Shown here in pieces: positions 26,812-38,300 of a stretch of DNA of 64,000 nucleotides. This stretch comes from Lingula anatina (lineage: Eukaryota; Animalia; Brachiopoda), in assembly GCA_051362555.1 (NCBI GenBank), contig CM120641.1, forward strand, positions 186,001 through 250,000, written 5' to 3'. Under the pieces are notes generated by a model that was given only the letters and a program-made list of their open reading frames with translations, did not search any database and had not been told where the DNA came from. How positions within the stretch are numbered: position 1 is the first letter of the stretch; every line of letters begins with the position of its first letter. Both the position numbers and the translations under genes were made by a program.

Positions 26812-29800
26812 ATGGCGCTCCCTGATAGTGAAGTGACTGCTTGCCTCTCTGAACCCGATCCATCAACGTCGGTGAGTTGTTCTTTTGTATCCATTCACAC
26901 GATCAGGTCACAAACAAATGATGCGCAAATAGAAACCAAAAGCGTAGCATTTCAAGTAAATAAAGTCTGTAGTTTTGGTTGCCCTGGCTTGCATGTTGCT
27001 TACCAGTACTTTAACATTTTATTGTATAATCTGTAGCAATGGTAGTTTTTTATAATGTCAATGCTCTTGCATCACGAAATTTGGTGTTGACGCAAATTCA
27101 CCTCATTTCAAATTCACCTTGAGTCTTGACAACTTTCCAAAAGATTTAGTGTTACATGTACAGAGTAACATTATTTCTATAGTAATTTCTAAAATATACT
27201 GAAGTGTTTAAGTTTCCAAAAGAAACAGAAGTGTATAAAGATATATGTGGTAAAATTACAGGTAGCTACGTAAGAGTAGACACCAGAATTGGGTGAGATC
27301 AGATCACACAGGAGTACACACGTGTACTTCTATTTTGTATACTGTTTTAGAGGCCTTGGGTTATCAGAGGACTGAGGACTGTCCCATATCAATATTATTC
27401 AAGACATTTGTCAAGTATTTGTGTCTTAGTACGTGGAACAGCAATGTACTAGTAAATGTTCCTAATTTATGTACCATGCCCTGTTTATGAGTGTCTGTAA
27501 GTGAGTATCAATATCACTGGCTCATTTGTGAGTGAACATTTCAGAATTAAATGTGAATGTGCAGAATTAAATGTTGCTGTTTTATGCACTGCATTCTGAT
27601 TATGACTGTAAAACATTTAATGTGTTATTGTTTCCTCTGATTTTTGATAATTAATGCAGTAAAAGATGAAAGTATGTGCTTAAATGGTGCTTACTAGTAA
27701 ATGTAACCTCAGACACCTGTTGAGGCAGTTAAGTATGATTACCTTGGTTGACAAACTAAAGTGATGGTTCAGCTACCATAGCATTATGATCTCTATACAT
27801 GTATATATTCTCTAATATGTAGCTATTGAATCAGGTTTTTTTTTTCATGAAAAGCAGTTATACCAGTGAACTGTAATTCAACACTTCAAATATTGTCATC
27901 AGTTCAGGACTGAAATCAGTCAAATGACCAAATCAAACTGATGACCTGCCAGACTGAGTTATGTAACTGTGGCATTCAGTGAATATCAGCTAGATATTTC
28001 GACAGAAATGGCATAATTATTGAATAGCTAGATGATAACAGACCCAGGGGATTATCTGATTAATCAAGATAGTCCAAACAATGCTATATTACTGCATTTA
28101 TCATAGAATTTACTAGTAAAAAACTGTCCTGACATCAATCTAATCACCTAAGAATACAACATATGTTTTATTACAAGACTGACATGACATTAGATATTGT
28201 GGTCTTTGGTAAAACATGACAGTTCTTCAGAATTATCTTGTACACACATTTATAATCCATTTTACTGGTCACCTCTCTCTTTATTGAACTTCAGGGGTTT
28301 TATATGCAGCAAACCATGATGAGAATCAAAGATCCTAAGAGAAGTCTGCAGTTCTATACAGGAGTTATGGGCATGAGGTACAGGCCATGTTTACACAGTC
28401 TTAAGTTCAAGTATTGAAGATTTAGGCAGCTATGTTTTGTTATAAAAATATTAATAAAATAAGATACTATGGCTATATCTCAAAAGGACTTACTAGTAAT
28501 TCACTTTTGGTCAGACTTTTAATTTTATACATTTTGATCAAACCTTTAATTTTAGACTTTTGAAGAAGTTTGACTTCCCAGCCATGAAATTCTCATTATA
28601 CTTCATGGGTTATGCAAAGAAAGAAGACATACCTGCTGATGATAGCGAGAAAATCAGGTTTTGCTTTTCTCAACTTGGGACAATCGAACTTACCCAGTGA
28701 GTTTTGCATTTCATATTTTATTCCTGCATTTGGAGTTAGTGTTCACAAAAAAGTAACCCGAACACCAACTAATACATTTTAACTGTTTTCCAACATTTCA
28801 GTTTTTAAAAAAATGTTTGAAATACAGTGCACCAGATTAACCTTCCAGAAATTATTTTTACACAAAATCTTGTTTCGTAGTCAAACTTCATTTCTAACTT
28901 CAGATAGAAAAACTGAACATATTTGCAGAGTATAACCTAAGATCTAATAAACGGTATTTTAGATCTTAGGTATAACTGTGATTGAAAAAATAAAAAAAAT
29001 CAGTTTAGGAATAATAAATGACCAAATTTATTTTCAGTAACTGGGGGACAGAGTCTGATGAAGAATTTGAGTACCACAATGGTAACAGTGATCCTAGAGG
29101 TTTTGGTGAGTTAGAAATATTTGAATACTTGATTTTATCATCCTTATGCTGGGGTAGCGCTAGCAATTTTTTTCGCTTAGCCAAATCACCACATTTTTGT
29201 CAATGTGTTATCAAAATGGTTATAATTTGGCTAAAACATGCCAATTCAATCCCTTTTTCTTTAGCCAATTTAAGTCAGTTTTAGCATTTAGCTAAATTGG
29301 CCAGTGTTAGCACTATCCCAGCTTATGTATGAGTGATCTAAGTTTTTATAAAGTTCATTAACTTTTTGTTGTTACTCTACATAGATATATGGTAATTAGT
29401 GATCTTTTCAATGGGCAAAAGAAATCCAACTTACAGATACAAAATTTTACAATCACAGAAATAACATTATTATATAGAATAGAACTATAAAGAAGTTTCA
29501 ATTATGTTGCTACCACTCAATATTAATGTTCAAAAATTAAGAAATTATGACATCATTAATAAAGTTTTTGTAAAAGTCACAATTTCCCCATTGAAAAGAT
29601 GGAGTAATTACTGTACATGATGACTTAGCGGATGGCTTGCTTGCATTTTTTTTGCAACATAGCACATTTCTCAGAAAATTAGTTTGGTAGCAGTGGTGAT
29701 TTATTTGCTCATAGCCTTTTTGGCAAAATGCATGCAATATTTTATGTAAATTTAGGCAATGTATGTTTAAGACTTTGTGACATCTTTCCTATTTTCTCAT

Positions 29801-31790
29801 GACTTCATTTCTGTTGAGTATCTGTTAATTTGTCAGCTTTACTGTTTAGAGTTTTTAGAGCTGTTGATTCGTTGTTTTGCAGGTCATATTGGAATATGTG
29901 TCCCAGATGTTGATGCAGCTTGTGAAAGATTTGAAAAACATGGAGTGTCATTTGTCAAGAGACCAAATGATGGTTGGTATTACATAAATCAGTGATAATG
30001 CTGAGATTAATAGTTGGCTTCTAAATTAAACAAGTTTTTCCAATGTTTTTTTAAATTATATTTTATCTAGTTTTTATGTTCTTCACTGTTAACTTATTTT
30101 TTTTCAATTAGAAACAGGATTTTTGTTAAAGATTATAAAGAACCAAATTTTTACTGCAAAAGTATACAATTATTGGAAAACTTTACTTGGAATAGTAATA
30201 AATTTTTTGTGAAAATGAAAATATGTGGCCCTGTATTTTAGGGAAAATGAAGGGCCTTGCCTTCATAAAGGATCCAGATGGGTACTGGATCGAAATTCTA
30301 AATCCAAACAAAGCGGTACGGAGAATCGTAGACAATCTCGTAGACAAAAATCCAGGGTGTAGTGTTAGAGGTCACCCGAGTTTCAGTACAGACGTAATCC
30401 ATGCCAGCTTCTTTATTTTCAAATATGTGCTCTGTGATCCAAAATGTGGAATTTTGAAAATAAAGAAGTAGGTTCACACTGAGTCTGAAAGTCAGGTTAG
30501 GCCATATCATCTCCTAATCAGTTGATTATCTCAATTCATTGTCACATGTGACTGGGGGTAATGGAAACAAGTAGTCACACTGGAGAGGGGTGGTGGACCC
30601 ATGATAAGTTAGTTTATTGACACTTCTGATTAAATACCAACATACATTTGCCAAATACATTATCATACAAAGCACTATTCCTTAGCCAATTTATCAGTGA
30701 TTTGATGAGTAGTAAGTAGTTTGGCTAAAAGCAAAACAAAAAATTGTTTTAGTCCATGATACCAATCATCTACCTGCTGATTTACATGGCTTAATTTTGG
30801 CACTGTGATGGATATTTTTCATTAATTTACTGGTAGAAAACAGATTTAGCCCAGATCCTCTGTTTGAGAAAGAGAAAAAGAGATAGAAGAGACAAGGGAT
30901 CGTATTGATTACCAAACTCTTCAGTGCACTGAAATTAAAGGGATAACAACTGTAGTTATCCATATTTCACAATAAATGAATTGTAAACATCTCACAGATA
31001 TGTAATAAATTCCATTTTACCACCAAAACCTGTGGTTAACGCAATTATTCTGGAATTTGTGCTTGCCATCACATCATTTGACCTCCATAGATGGCTACAC
31101 TCTGTAATAATCTCTTAAGAGAATATTACAAAAAACCAAACTTTTTAGAAAAAAAAAAAAAAAAAAAAAACAGGGACTAACTTTGAATGTGGGAATGGAT
31201 TCTTTAACCATCGGTAAGTATGGGAAAATTGTCCTTAACCTCAGGAAAATCCATTTTTTGGCCAAAATGAACAGTTGTTATCCCTTTAATATTTAAATCA
31301 GTTGTTTGATGTTATGCAACCTACCAGCGGTTATCCTACCCAAATAGTCCTATAATTATACTTCAAATTGTTGTACAGTATTTATATTTACTCTCTATAT
31401 CAAACTGTATCATATTGTGTAAGTGGGATGAGCCATATTGTGTAAGTGGGATGTTATAATAGCTTGATAATACCATGTTCACTATGGTTTATATCATTCA
31501 AGTTCTTCCCTGTACATTTCTAGTATGAAAGTGAATGGTACATTTTAGTCAAATTATTTTCATTAAAATGGCAAGTGCACTTTGTTTTCTTCAAGGCAGT
31601 TTAAACATTTAAATTTCGTCATTCAGATTGTGTTTTGATAATGTTTTTTTCTCCTTTCTTTGGTGACTAACTCATGAAGGAGTGTCAGCTGCATTCGTTG
31701 TTCACAAAATATTCTTAAACCAACATTGCTATGTACACTATTTGGCTAATATTTGATTTTAGCAGACTTTGCAAAGGCCAAAGACTAGAA

Positions 31791-31844
<54 letters not shown>

Positions 31845-31991
31845 CCATGCCTCCAGCATTAATCTAATGTGGTTTTTGTTGTCATTCCAGGGAAGATGAA
31901 AGGTCTGGCCTTCATAAAGGATCCTGATGGCTACTGGATTGAAATTTTGAATAAAGATAACATGGTGAAGGGAGTTAAATTCAATGATTAG
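26812..31991 (+). CDS. GLO1: Lactoylglutathione lyase (glyoxalase I); exons 26812-26871, 28295-28377, 28556-28696, 29038-29105, 29883-29972, then last exon 30242-30471 or 31891-31991
   Basis: [99 protein letters not shown]; consistent exon phases. Confidence 0.97.
29149..29321. mobile_element. MITE family copy 1 (GLO1 intron 4)
   Basis: Ends CTGGGGTAGCGCTA / TAGCACTATCCCAG; flanked by CTTATG direct repeat; highly similar to 38664-38835. Confidence 0.8.
30939..31285. mobile_element. MITE with TTAA target duplication (Kolobok-like ends)
   Basis: Perfect 14-bp TIRs AGGGATAACAACTG / CAGTTGTTATCCCT, TTAA on both sides; second partial copy at 25110-25355. Confidence 0.8.
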
Positions 31992-32760
31992 ACAGTCAAA
32001 GTGCCACTGCATTTCAAGACATTTACCTGGATTTTTTTTCTTTGAAAAAAGAAATTTTTCTTTCACTTTCAGCTTTGCTGCTGATATTGTAAAGAACAAA
32101 TGTCCAGAAGCACTGTTAATGCTGCACCAAATTGTTGCTATTCAATATAAATTGTTGTGTTTACACTTCTTAATGATGGAAGTGATGAAAAGGAAAATGC
32201 CTTGAGCTGTTTTTACATCATGTGTACTGATTTTTTATATTCAAAATTTGCAATAAAGAGCTTTAAACTGCAATAACCTCTTCTTTTCTTTTCATGTGTG
32301 CGTGTTTGGAGTGTGTCTGTGTGTGTGTGTGTGGTAGGGAGGATGTCTTGGGAAGGGGTAAAGACTGTTTTTATTCTGTTTTACACCTCACCCACTTGTA
32401 CTGGGGCTTGTGGTTACAGATGCTCACAATGTTTGACAACTTTTACTCTATCAGGAAAATGATGAACCAAGAAATGAATTGAAGCACCTGCTGTAGTTAG
32501 CCTTTATTATTATTATTTAAGAATCAATTCAGTTGCTAAATGTACAATTCATAAAAACTATGGGTGCACTCTTTTCATGGCCACAAAACTGACAATGTAA
32601 ATTGTAACTTGAATTTTTTTTTTGCTTCTACTCTGCCTAATATCATACACCAATATTCCTGTAATTTAAGAGCAAACAGACCTTTTGTGCTGTAGATCTA
32701 CATTACTCAAACAGCTGCTACAGTTTACACAAGATGCAAAAAAGACCAAGAAAAGAATTA

Positions 32761-33747
32761 TTACATCTCTTTTTTACTGCCTTTGTTCATTTTCTTCAAC
32801 TTTTCTAAGCTGTACCAGAAGCTTTTCATGATCCCAGCTGTCCATATACTTTTTACACTCTGACTCCAACTAGAATGGCTCACAATTTTAGACACACAAT
32901 TTCCCACCACCTCTCCACACTCGTAATCCTTGGCACATATTCTTAAAACTTCCTCCGCATCTCTTGTCCGCTTATCCCTGTTGTAAAAATCAACTAATCT
33001 CTCTTCAAGTGTCTTTGGCAGCAGACTTAAATGATGGAAAATTGCTGCTGGATCTTTCAGCTGCTCCAGTCTTCCTTGTGACTTACACCAATTCACATTA
33101 TCCTCATGGTCGAGGATTCCTTCATACAGCTCCCGGAACTTTTCCATATTTGGTTTGACAATATTTCTCACCTTGTTCTTGTCCTCACCAATGACCATAC
33201 GAAAATCCCCAGAATAGGAGAGGTTACAGATGGTGCAGTAAAGCTCCTCCTCAGTGAAGTGTTCTGGGAGGATAATTAATGCCGTATGCACTGCGCTGGC
33301 CAGGTTAGTATGAAGAGCTGCCTTCAGGTTCTCTCCACTCGGCTCTTTGAGGATCATCACAGGTTTGTGCAGCCTGCCCCCTACATACAGGGTGTCCCAG
33401 TCTAACAGGTCTGCAGTCAGCCGTCTTGTGCTGATTACACCATACTTAATCAGCCTCTCCTCACACATGACACGTGAATTAAAATAAACACCAGCACCAT
33501 GTTTTTCTTGTATGTTGGCAACTCTTCGGCTGCCGAGATATTTCAGGAAGGAATAATGAGAGCGATTTTTAGCAATGTTAGCACGGTGCCACTCCACTGG
33601 GTCATCCACTACAAAGAAGAAATCTAGCATGTTTTTGGTTGGGTCTGTATGCCCCAGTTGTTTGAAGACCCCTGAGCCATATGCAAATGCCATGTTCTGC
33701 TCTGGGAAGTGGGAGATAATCTGTTTATACAACTGTCTTGCTGCCAT
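32761..33747 (-). CDS. TAMM41: Mitochondrial phosphatidate cytidylyltransferase, single coding exon (328 aa from ATG 33747)
   Basis: FAYGSGVFKQ, MLDFFFVVDDP..WH..N...N..HYS.L, GAGVYFN, IKYGVIS, DLLDWDTLYVGGRLHKPV, LSYSGDFRM..GEDKNKV.NIV, QSVKSIWTAG..KS..YS..KL.K. The ORF-track start at 33789 is a GTG. Confidence 0.96.
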   Translation of the reverse strand: MAARQLYKQIISHFPEQNMAFAYGSGVFKQLGHTDPTKNMLDFFFVVDDPVEWHRANIAKNRSHYSFLKYLGSRRVANIQEKHGAGVYFNSRVMCEERLIKYGVISTRRLTADLLDWDTLYVGGRLHKPVMILKEPSGENLKAALHTNLASAVHTALIILPEHFTEEELYCTICNLSYSGDFRMVIGEDKNKVRNIVKPNMEKFRELYEGILDHEDNVNWCKSQGRLEQLKDPAAIFHHLSLLPKTLEERLVDFYNRDKRTRDAEEVLRICAKDYECGEVVGNCVSKIVSHSSWSQSVKSIWTAGIMKSFWYSLEKLKKMNKGSKKEM

Positions 33748-33921
33748 TTTTATGACCTGATATCCTAGAAGATGATGTCTCACATACACAAGGAGATATA
33801 AAACTGATCCTAAAAATGAGAGAGATATCCTTTTTCAAAAACTCCTTTTGTTATGTGTTACTCAATGGACTGCAAAGTACGTGAGTGATACTGAAATAAT
33901 GTCACACAGACTATTAATTAA

Positions 33922-34170
33922 TTATCCACGTTTTGGTCCTTCATAGAACACTCCACCCCCTTGGACCCCAGGGGTTTTCAGTGTCTCCAGCTGGCGTTCT
34001 CCTCTTCTCAACAGGTAATCTATGTGCATAATGTTACTCTTGGGTACTGCTGCATTTTTCTTAAACTCACTGCGAATCATATTCTTGAGACCTGGTTTTC
34101 CTTTTGTGGCTGTAAGCATATCTCTATACAGACTGAGAACTCGGAGCTGTACCTTGCTGTATCTGACCAT
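33922..34170 (-). CDS. SDHAF1: Succinate dehydrogenase assembly factor 1 (LYR-motif protein), 82 aa
   Basis: MVRYSKVQLRVLSLYRDML....KPG....IRSEF......PKS....IDYLLRRGERQLE matches the SDHAF1/LYRM8 pattern S.LQ..VLSLYR...IEYL.RRGRRQL. Confidence 0.9.
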   Translation of the reverse strand: MVRYSKVQLRVLSLYRDMLTATKGKPGLKNMIRSEFKKNAAVPKSNIMHIDYLLRRGERQLETLKTPGVQGGGVFYEGPKRG

Positions 34171-34972
34171 AGTTTCTTGTCACATAAACATTTTGCAGGC
34201 AGACTTCATGCAACTGTGCTTTGCTGAAAAGGTGATCAATATGAAAATCTAGTTAATAAAAAATAACATAAGCATACATACCAGTATAAATGATGTTATA
34301 TAAAAATACACATAGAATACGTTTCTTATGTCCGAGAATTTGAGATCTGATAGGACTCAATACTGACAGCTGATGTTACCACCAAACTAACAATGACACG
34401 TGATATAATCTGTGGTTTTAAACAAATCAAAGTGAAGGAAACGTACTCAGTATATCATCAAATTGAAGATTGGCCAATCCGAGTAATGGTAACATTAATC
34501 AATTAAACAACAAACAGCAGATAACAGCAATGTTGCAACTTTTGCCAGTTTTGATGTTCTCTTTGAGAATATTAACCATTAGGTCTTTAAAATTATTTAA
34601 TAAAACAATTGTTGCCATTTGACTTTGGTGAACATCAGTCTTCTGAGGGCTCCAAAACAATAAACTGGCCACAAACAATGTCAATAACTGTACCAGTACA
34701 ATTTAATTGTTTTGATAATAAAAATGGAATACATCAATTTTTCATTCTAAATAATCAATGAATCATATTTTTACATAGAGTCTACGGCAAAGAGCAGAGG
34801 AGGGTCTCTACAGGCGAGAGGAAACTCACTCGGTTTGCAAGTGAGGGTGTGAAACATGGCCGAATCGTGTCTAATTATTACGCTAGAAACAAACAAATCT
34901 AAATATTTTCCAAGACTGTAATTTTTACAATTTTTTGACGATGCAAAGTATGTTAAGAGTTTTATGACTTAC

Positions 34973-35366
34973 CAGTGCAAAGATATTCTTATTTAACCTG
35001 ACAAGTTCCCATTACATACTAACATAGCACGTTTTGCTTGAAGACCGCTAACAACACTTTAAAATAATATCCTGTTCTGAATTTATCACTCTTGATCTTT
35101 AACTGCCAAGTAAAGTTCGTAAATTTTTGTTGAATCTTAAATGCAAAAATTTATGTTTAAATGAATGACTGATTAAAATAAGTATATAAAACACGATAAA
35201 AACGGAAGATGTTTTAAGCGGCCATAACCTAATTTCCACTTTCACGCTGCTACTTTCACGACGTGATCATACTTCAATCTCTTAATGTTTTTGTTCTGAA
35301 AATAGTACATTGTTGCCCTTTTTGTCATAACAGTCGTTCCCATTCATAAATATCATTATCTGGGTA
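34973..35366. promoter_or_regulatory. Putative non-coding first exon of the SDHAF1/TAMM41 unit and bidirectional promoter shared with TASP1
   Basis: Minus-strand donor CTG|GTAAGT after 34973 pairs with acceptor CCTTTTCAG before 34223; divergent TASP1 ATG at 35367. Confidence 0.5.
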
Positions 35367-38300
35367 ATGGCTGATGATGGTATAGAAGGTTTTGTTGCAG
35401 TGCATGCAGGTATTTGATGACAGAATTTTCAGTTCTGTTGCACCCTTTCACTGTCCTCTCAGTGCAGTGTATCAATATTTATAATACTGATAGTAGGAAC
35501 GAGTGGTTAAATGTAGCTGTTGTACAGTGGTAATATTACAGTATTCATTGAGTGGAAAAATTAAATTGTCCAATTGGCTGATCCTGTGATTTTGTGGTAT
35601 TTGCATTTTGTTTATTTTAATAATTAAAATATTTACACATACAGGTATTTTTACTTTAGCATTAGCATTACTAGTATTCTTATTATTCTAGTTTAATAAT
35701 TAAAATATTTACACATAAATGTATTTACTCATACATGTATTTTTACTTTAGCATAATAATCACTAGCTTATATTCTTATTATTCTAGTTTTGTAGAATTG
35801 GCTATACTGAGTACACCAAATTAAATACAGATCATTGTGTGAAAAGATCATCTACATATTTGTTCTGAGTCACTGATTACTCTTAATTTACATGTAAAAT
35901 TTTGTTTGAGTAAAATGGTAAAAACAGTAATATTGGTAGTACAATGTATACATATTACCGTCTATATACACTGTTGCTAGTCGATTAATTTTGGTTTGTA
36001 ATTTACAATACGTTTCATTTGGCATCATTTGATATGTTTACATTTAGGAGCAGGGTTTCACTCACCAAACAAAACACAGCTGTATTCAGAAGTTTGTCAG
36101 CTTGCATGCAAAAAGGTAATTAATTAAGCCAGCCATGGCATTTATAGTAGCTCCTGTAATATATGTTTTGATCATGATAAAGGATAGTGCATAACTAAAT
36201 TTCTCTTTTCCAAGTGTAATGATTATTTTTCATTCTGTACGTGTAAAATTCTTTCAATTGAACCACATAGTGAAAACTGTGAATAGGTATTGATGCAGGT
36301 CTAACTCACAGATAAATCATTTGTGTGTGGGTTTTAGTGTTCAAATGTTTTATGGTCCAAACTAAAAAAATGTATGGTTTGAAACTGTTTTATGTGTTTG
36401 TTTAGAGGTTCATTGGTTTTATTTTTGAAAAGCAAATTTTACCAGAAAAGAAGCAAAACATTGGCACTCTCTGGCTGCTGGTGGTGATGATTTAGAGATG
36501 TTTTCATGACCTTTAAGACTAGTGAAACTTTGGATAAATTATCTTTAAAGACTGAACAACCTGTGTTGCACCCATTGAGCATTTTATGTCTGTTTAGGCA
36601 GCAGAAGCTCTACATGACAAGAAATCTGCCCTTGATGCTGTTGTAATGGCAGTGACTCAACTAGAAGTAAGTGGTGACATTTGAGATAAAAATATAAGTA
36701 AAATTTCTTCACTGGTAGAAACTTAGGATAAAAACATCATTATATTATACAAGTATAATGAGATGTTTTAAGAATAAAAGTTATCAAAAAAAGGTAAGAT
36801 GAATAAATACGATGTAATACCATTTGATGCAAATTGGGACACTTACATTTAAAGTTTAATATTTTATTTTTCTGCACAATTTAGATATGAGTAGTTGCCA
36901 TTATGTTTGTGTTCCAGAACAGTACGTGTACCAACGCTGGGATTGGTTCTAATCTGACACTAGATGGCACTGTGGAGTGTGATGCAAGTGTTATGGATGG
37001 CGCTTCTCTAAAGTTTGGGGCTGTAGGGGCCGTGGAGAGTATGCTCACATTAATACATTATGATCACTATTGATTTTTGTCCTGTTAACAGTAATACCAT
37101 TGATAAACAAACTGGTGGGGGGGGGGTCAAATAAATTTCATTTCTATGTCTATTAGCAAAGTATTATTATTCAAGTAAAGTTTACAGCATATTAAGTGTA
37201 TATGTCAGTGTCAGCTTTATGAGTTTTGTCTCACTCTTGAGTGCCTGTAAATTGAAAGTAATATGTCTTGTTTTATAGGTATTAAGAATCCTGTGAAGCT
37301 TGCGAGCTGTTTGTTGACAGAACAGAAGAAGGGATATTTATCTCTTGGCAGGGTGCCACCATGGTGAGATGGATATTAAAATAATTATAATAAAAAAATT
37401 ATCAAAATAGAAAATGGTGCCTAAGGTGGAATCTTTCTGATTTATCTTTTAGTGTTTCAAAGGCAAAATCAAAAAAATGATGTGGATTGGTGTGCTTTTA
37501 TTTACAGTGGAGTAGTAAATTTATCAATTTTCCTGATTTCTTATAAATTCTTTACTGACTGTGTGCTACAATTTTGTGGAAAGATAAATATCAGATCTTG
37601 TAATTTAGCATTGCAGGTTTGATAATTAGCACAGTTTATATAAATATTAGGTCTTGTAATGAAGCAATAAAGGTTTGATAATTAGTACAGTTTATATTAA
37701 TATTAGGTTTTGTTATTTAGCAATGCAGGTTTGATAATTATTACAGTTTATATTTCAGTTTTCTTGTTGGCAGAGGAGCTGTGGCATGGGCTGTTGAACA
37801 CAATATAGAAGTGGTAGAGAAGAAAGACCTCATCACAGGTCAGGATGGCAGCTAGGGGCTGGTTGACAAAATGTTGTTCACTAAGCCACAGTTTTGTCCA
37901 TATTTAGGCATGTTTACCTATACTTGGAAGATTGACTGAAATTACCATGTAAAAATAAAGAAATGGTTTGCCTGGCTTCATTCATTAGAATTATTATTTT
38001 TGCCTCTAATTATCCTTTCCATAGATTTACCAAGTGCTAGATATCTTTTTTATCTCCAGACTCCTCTCTGCGTTCATACAAAGACTATCAGCGGAGACTG
38101 GACAGAGCAGAAATGGGACTGGTGGAGCCCAAGAAAATGAAGAAAGATGTCAAGATGGTGGAGGTAATATCCAGTTATAACTGACATCGAGAGTGATATT
38201 GACAGTTAAGTTGGAATTCATTATAAGATTTTATGTCAACATAAACATTTTTTGTTTTGCATTTACATATATATTTACAATCTATTCCCTTTCTTCTTAT

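Noticed and set aside
33748-33789. N-terminal extension of TAMM41 in the ORF track
   Set aside because: It starts at GTG; the first in-frame ATG in good context (AAAATGG) is at 33747.
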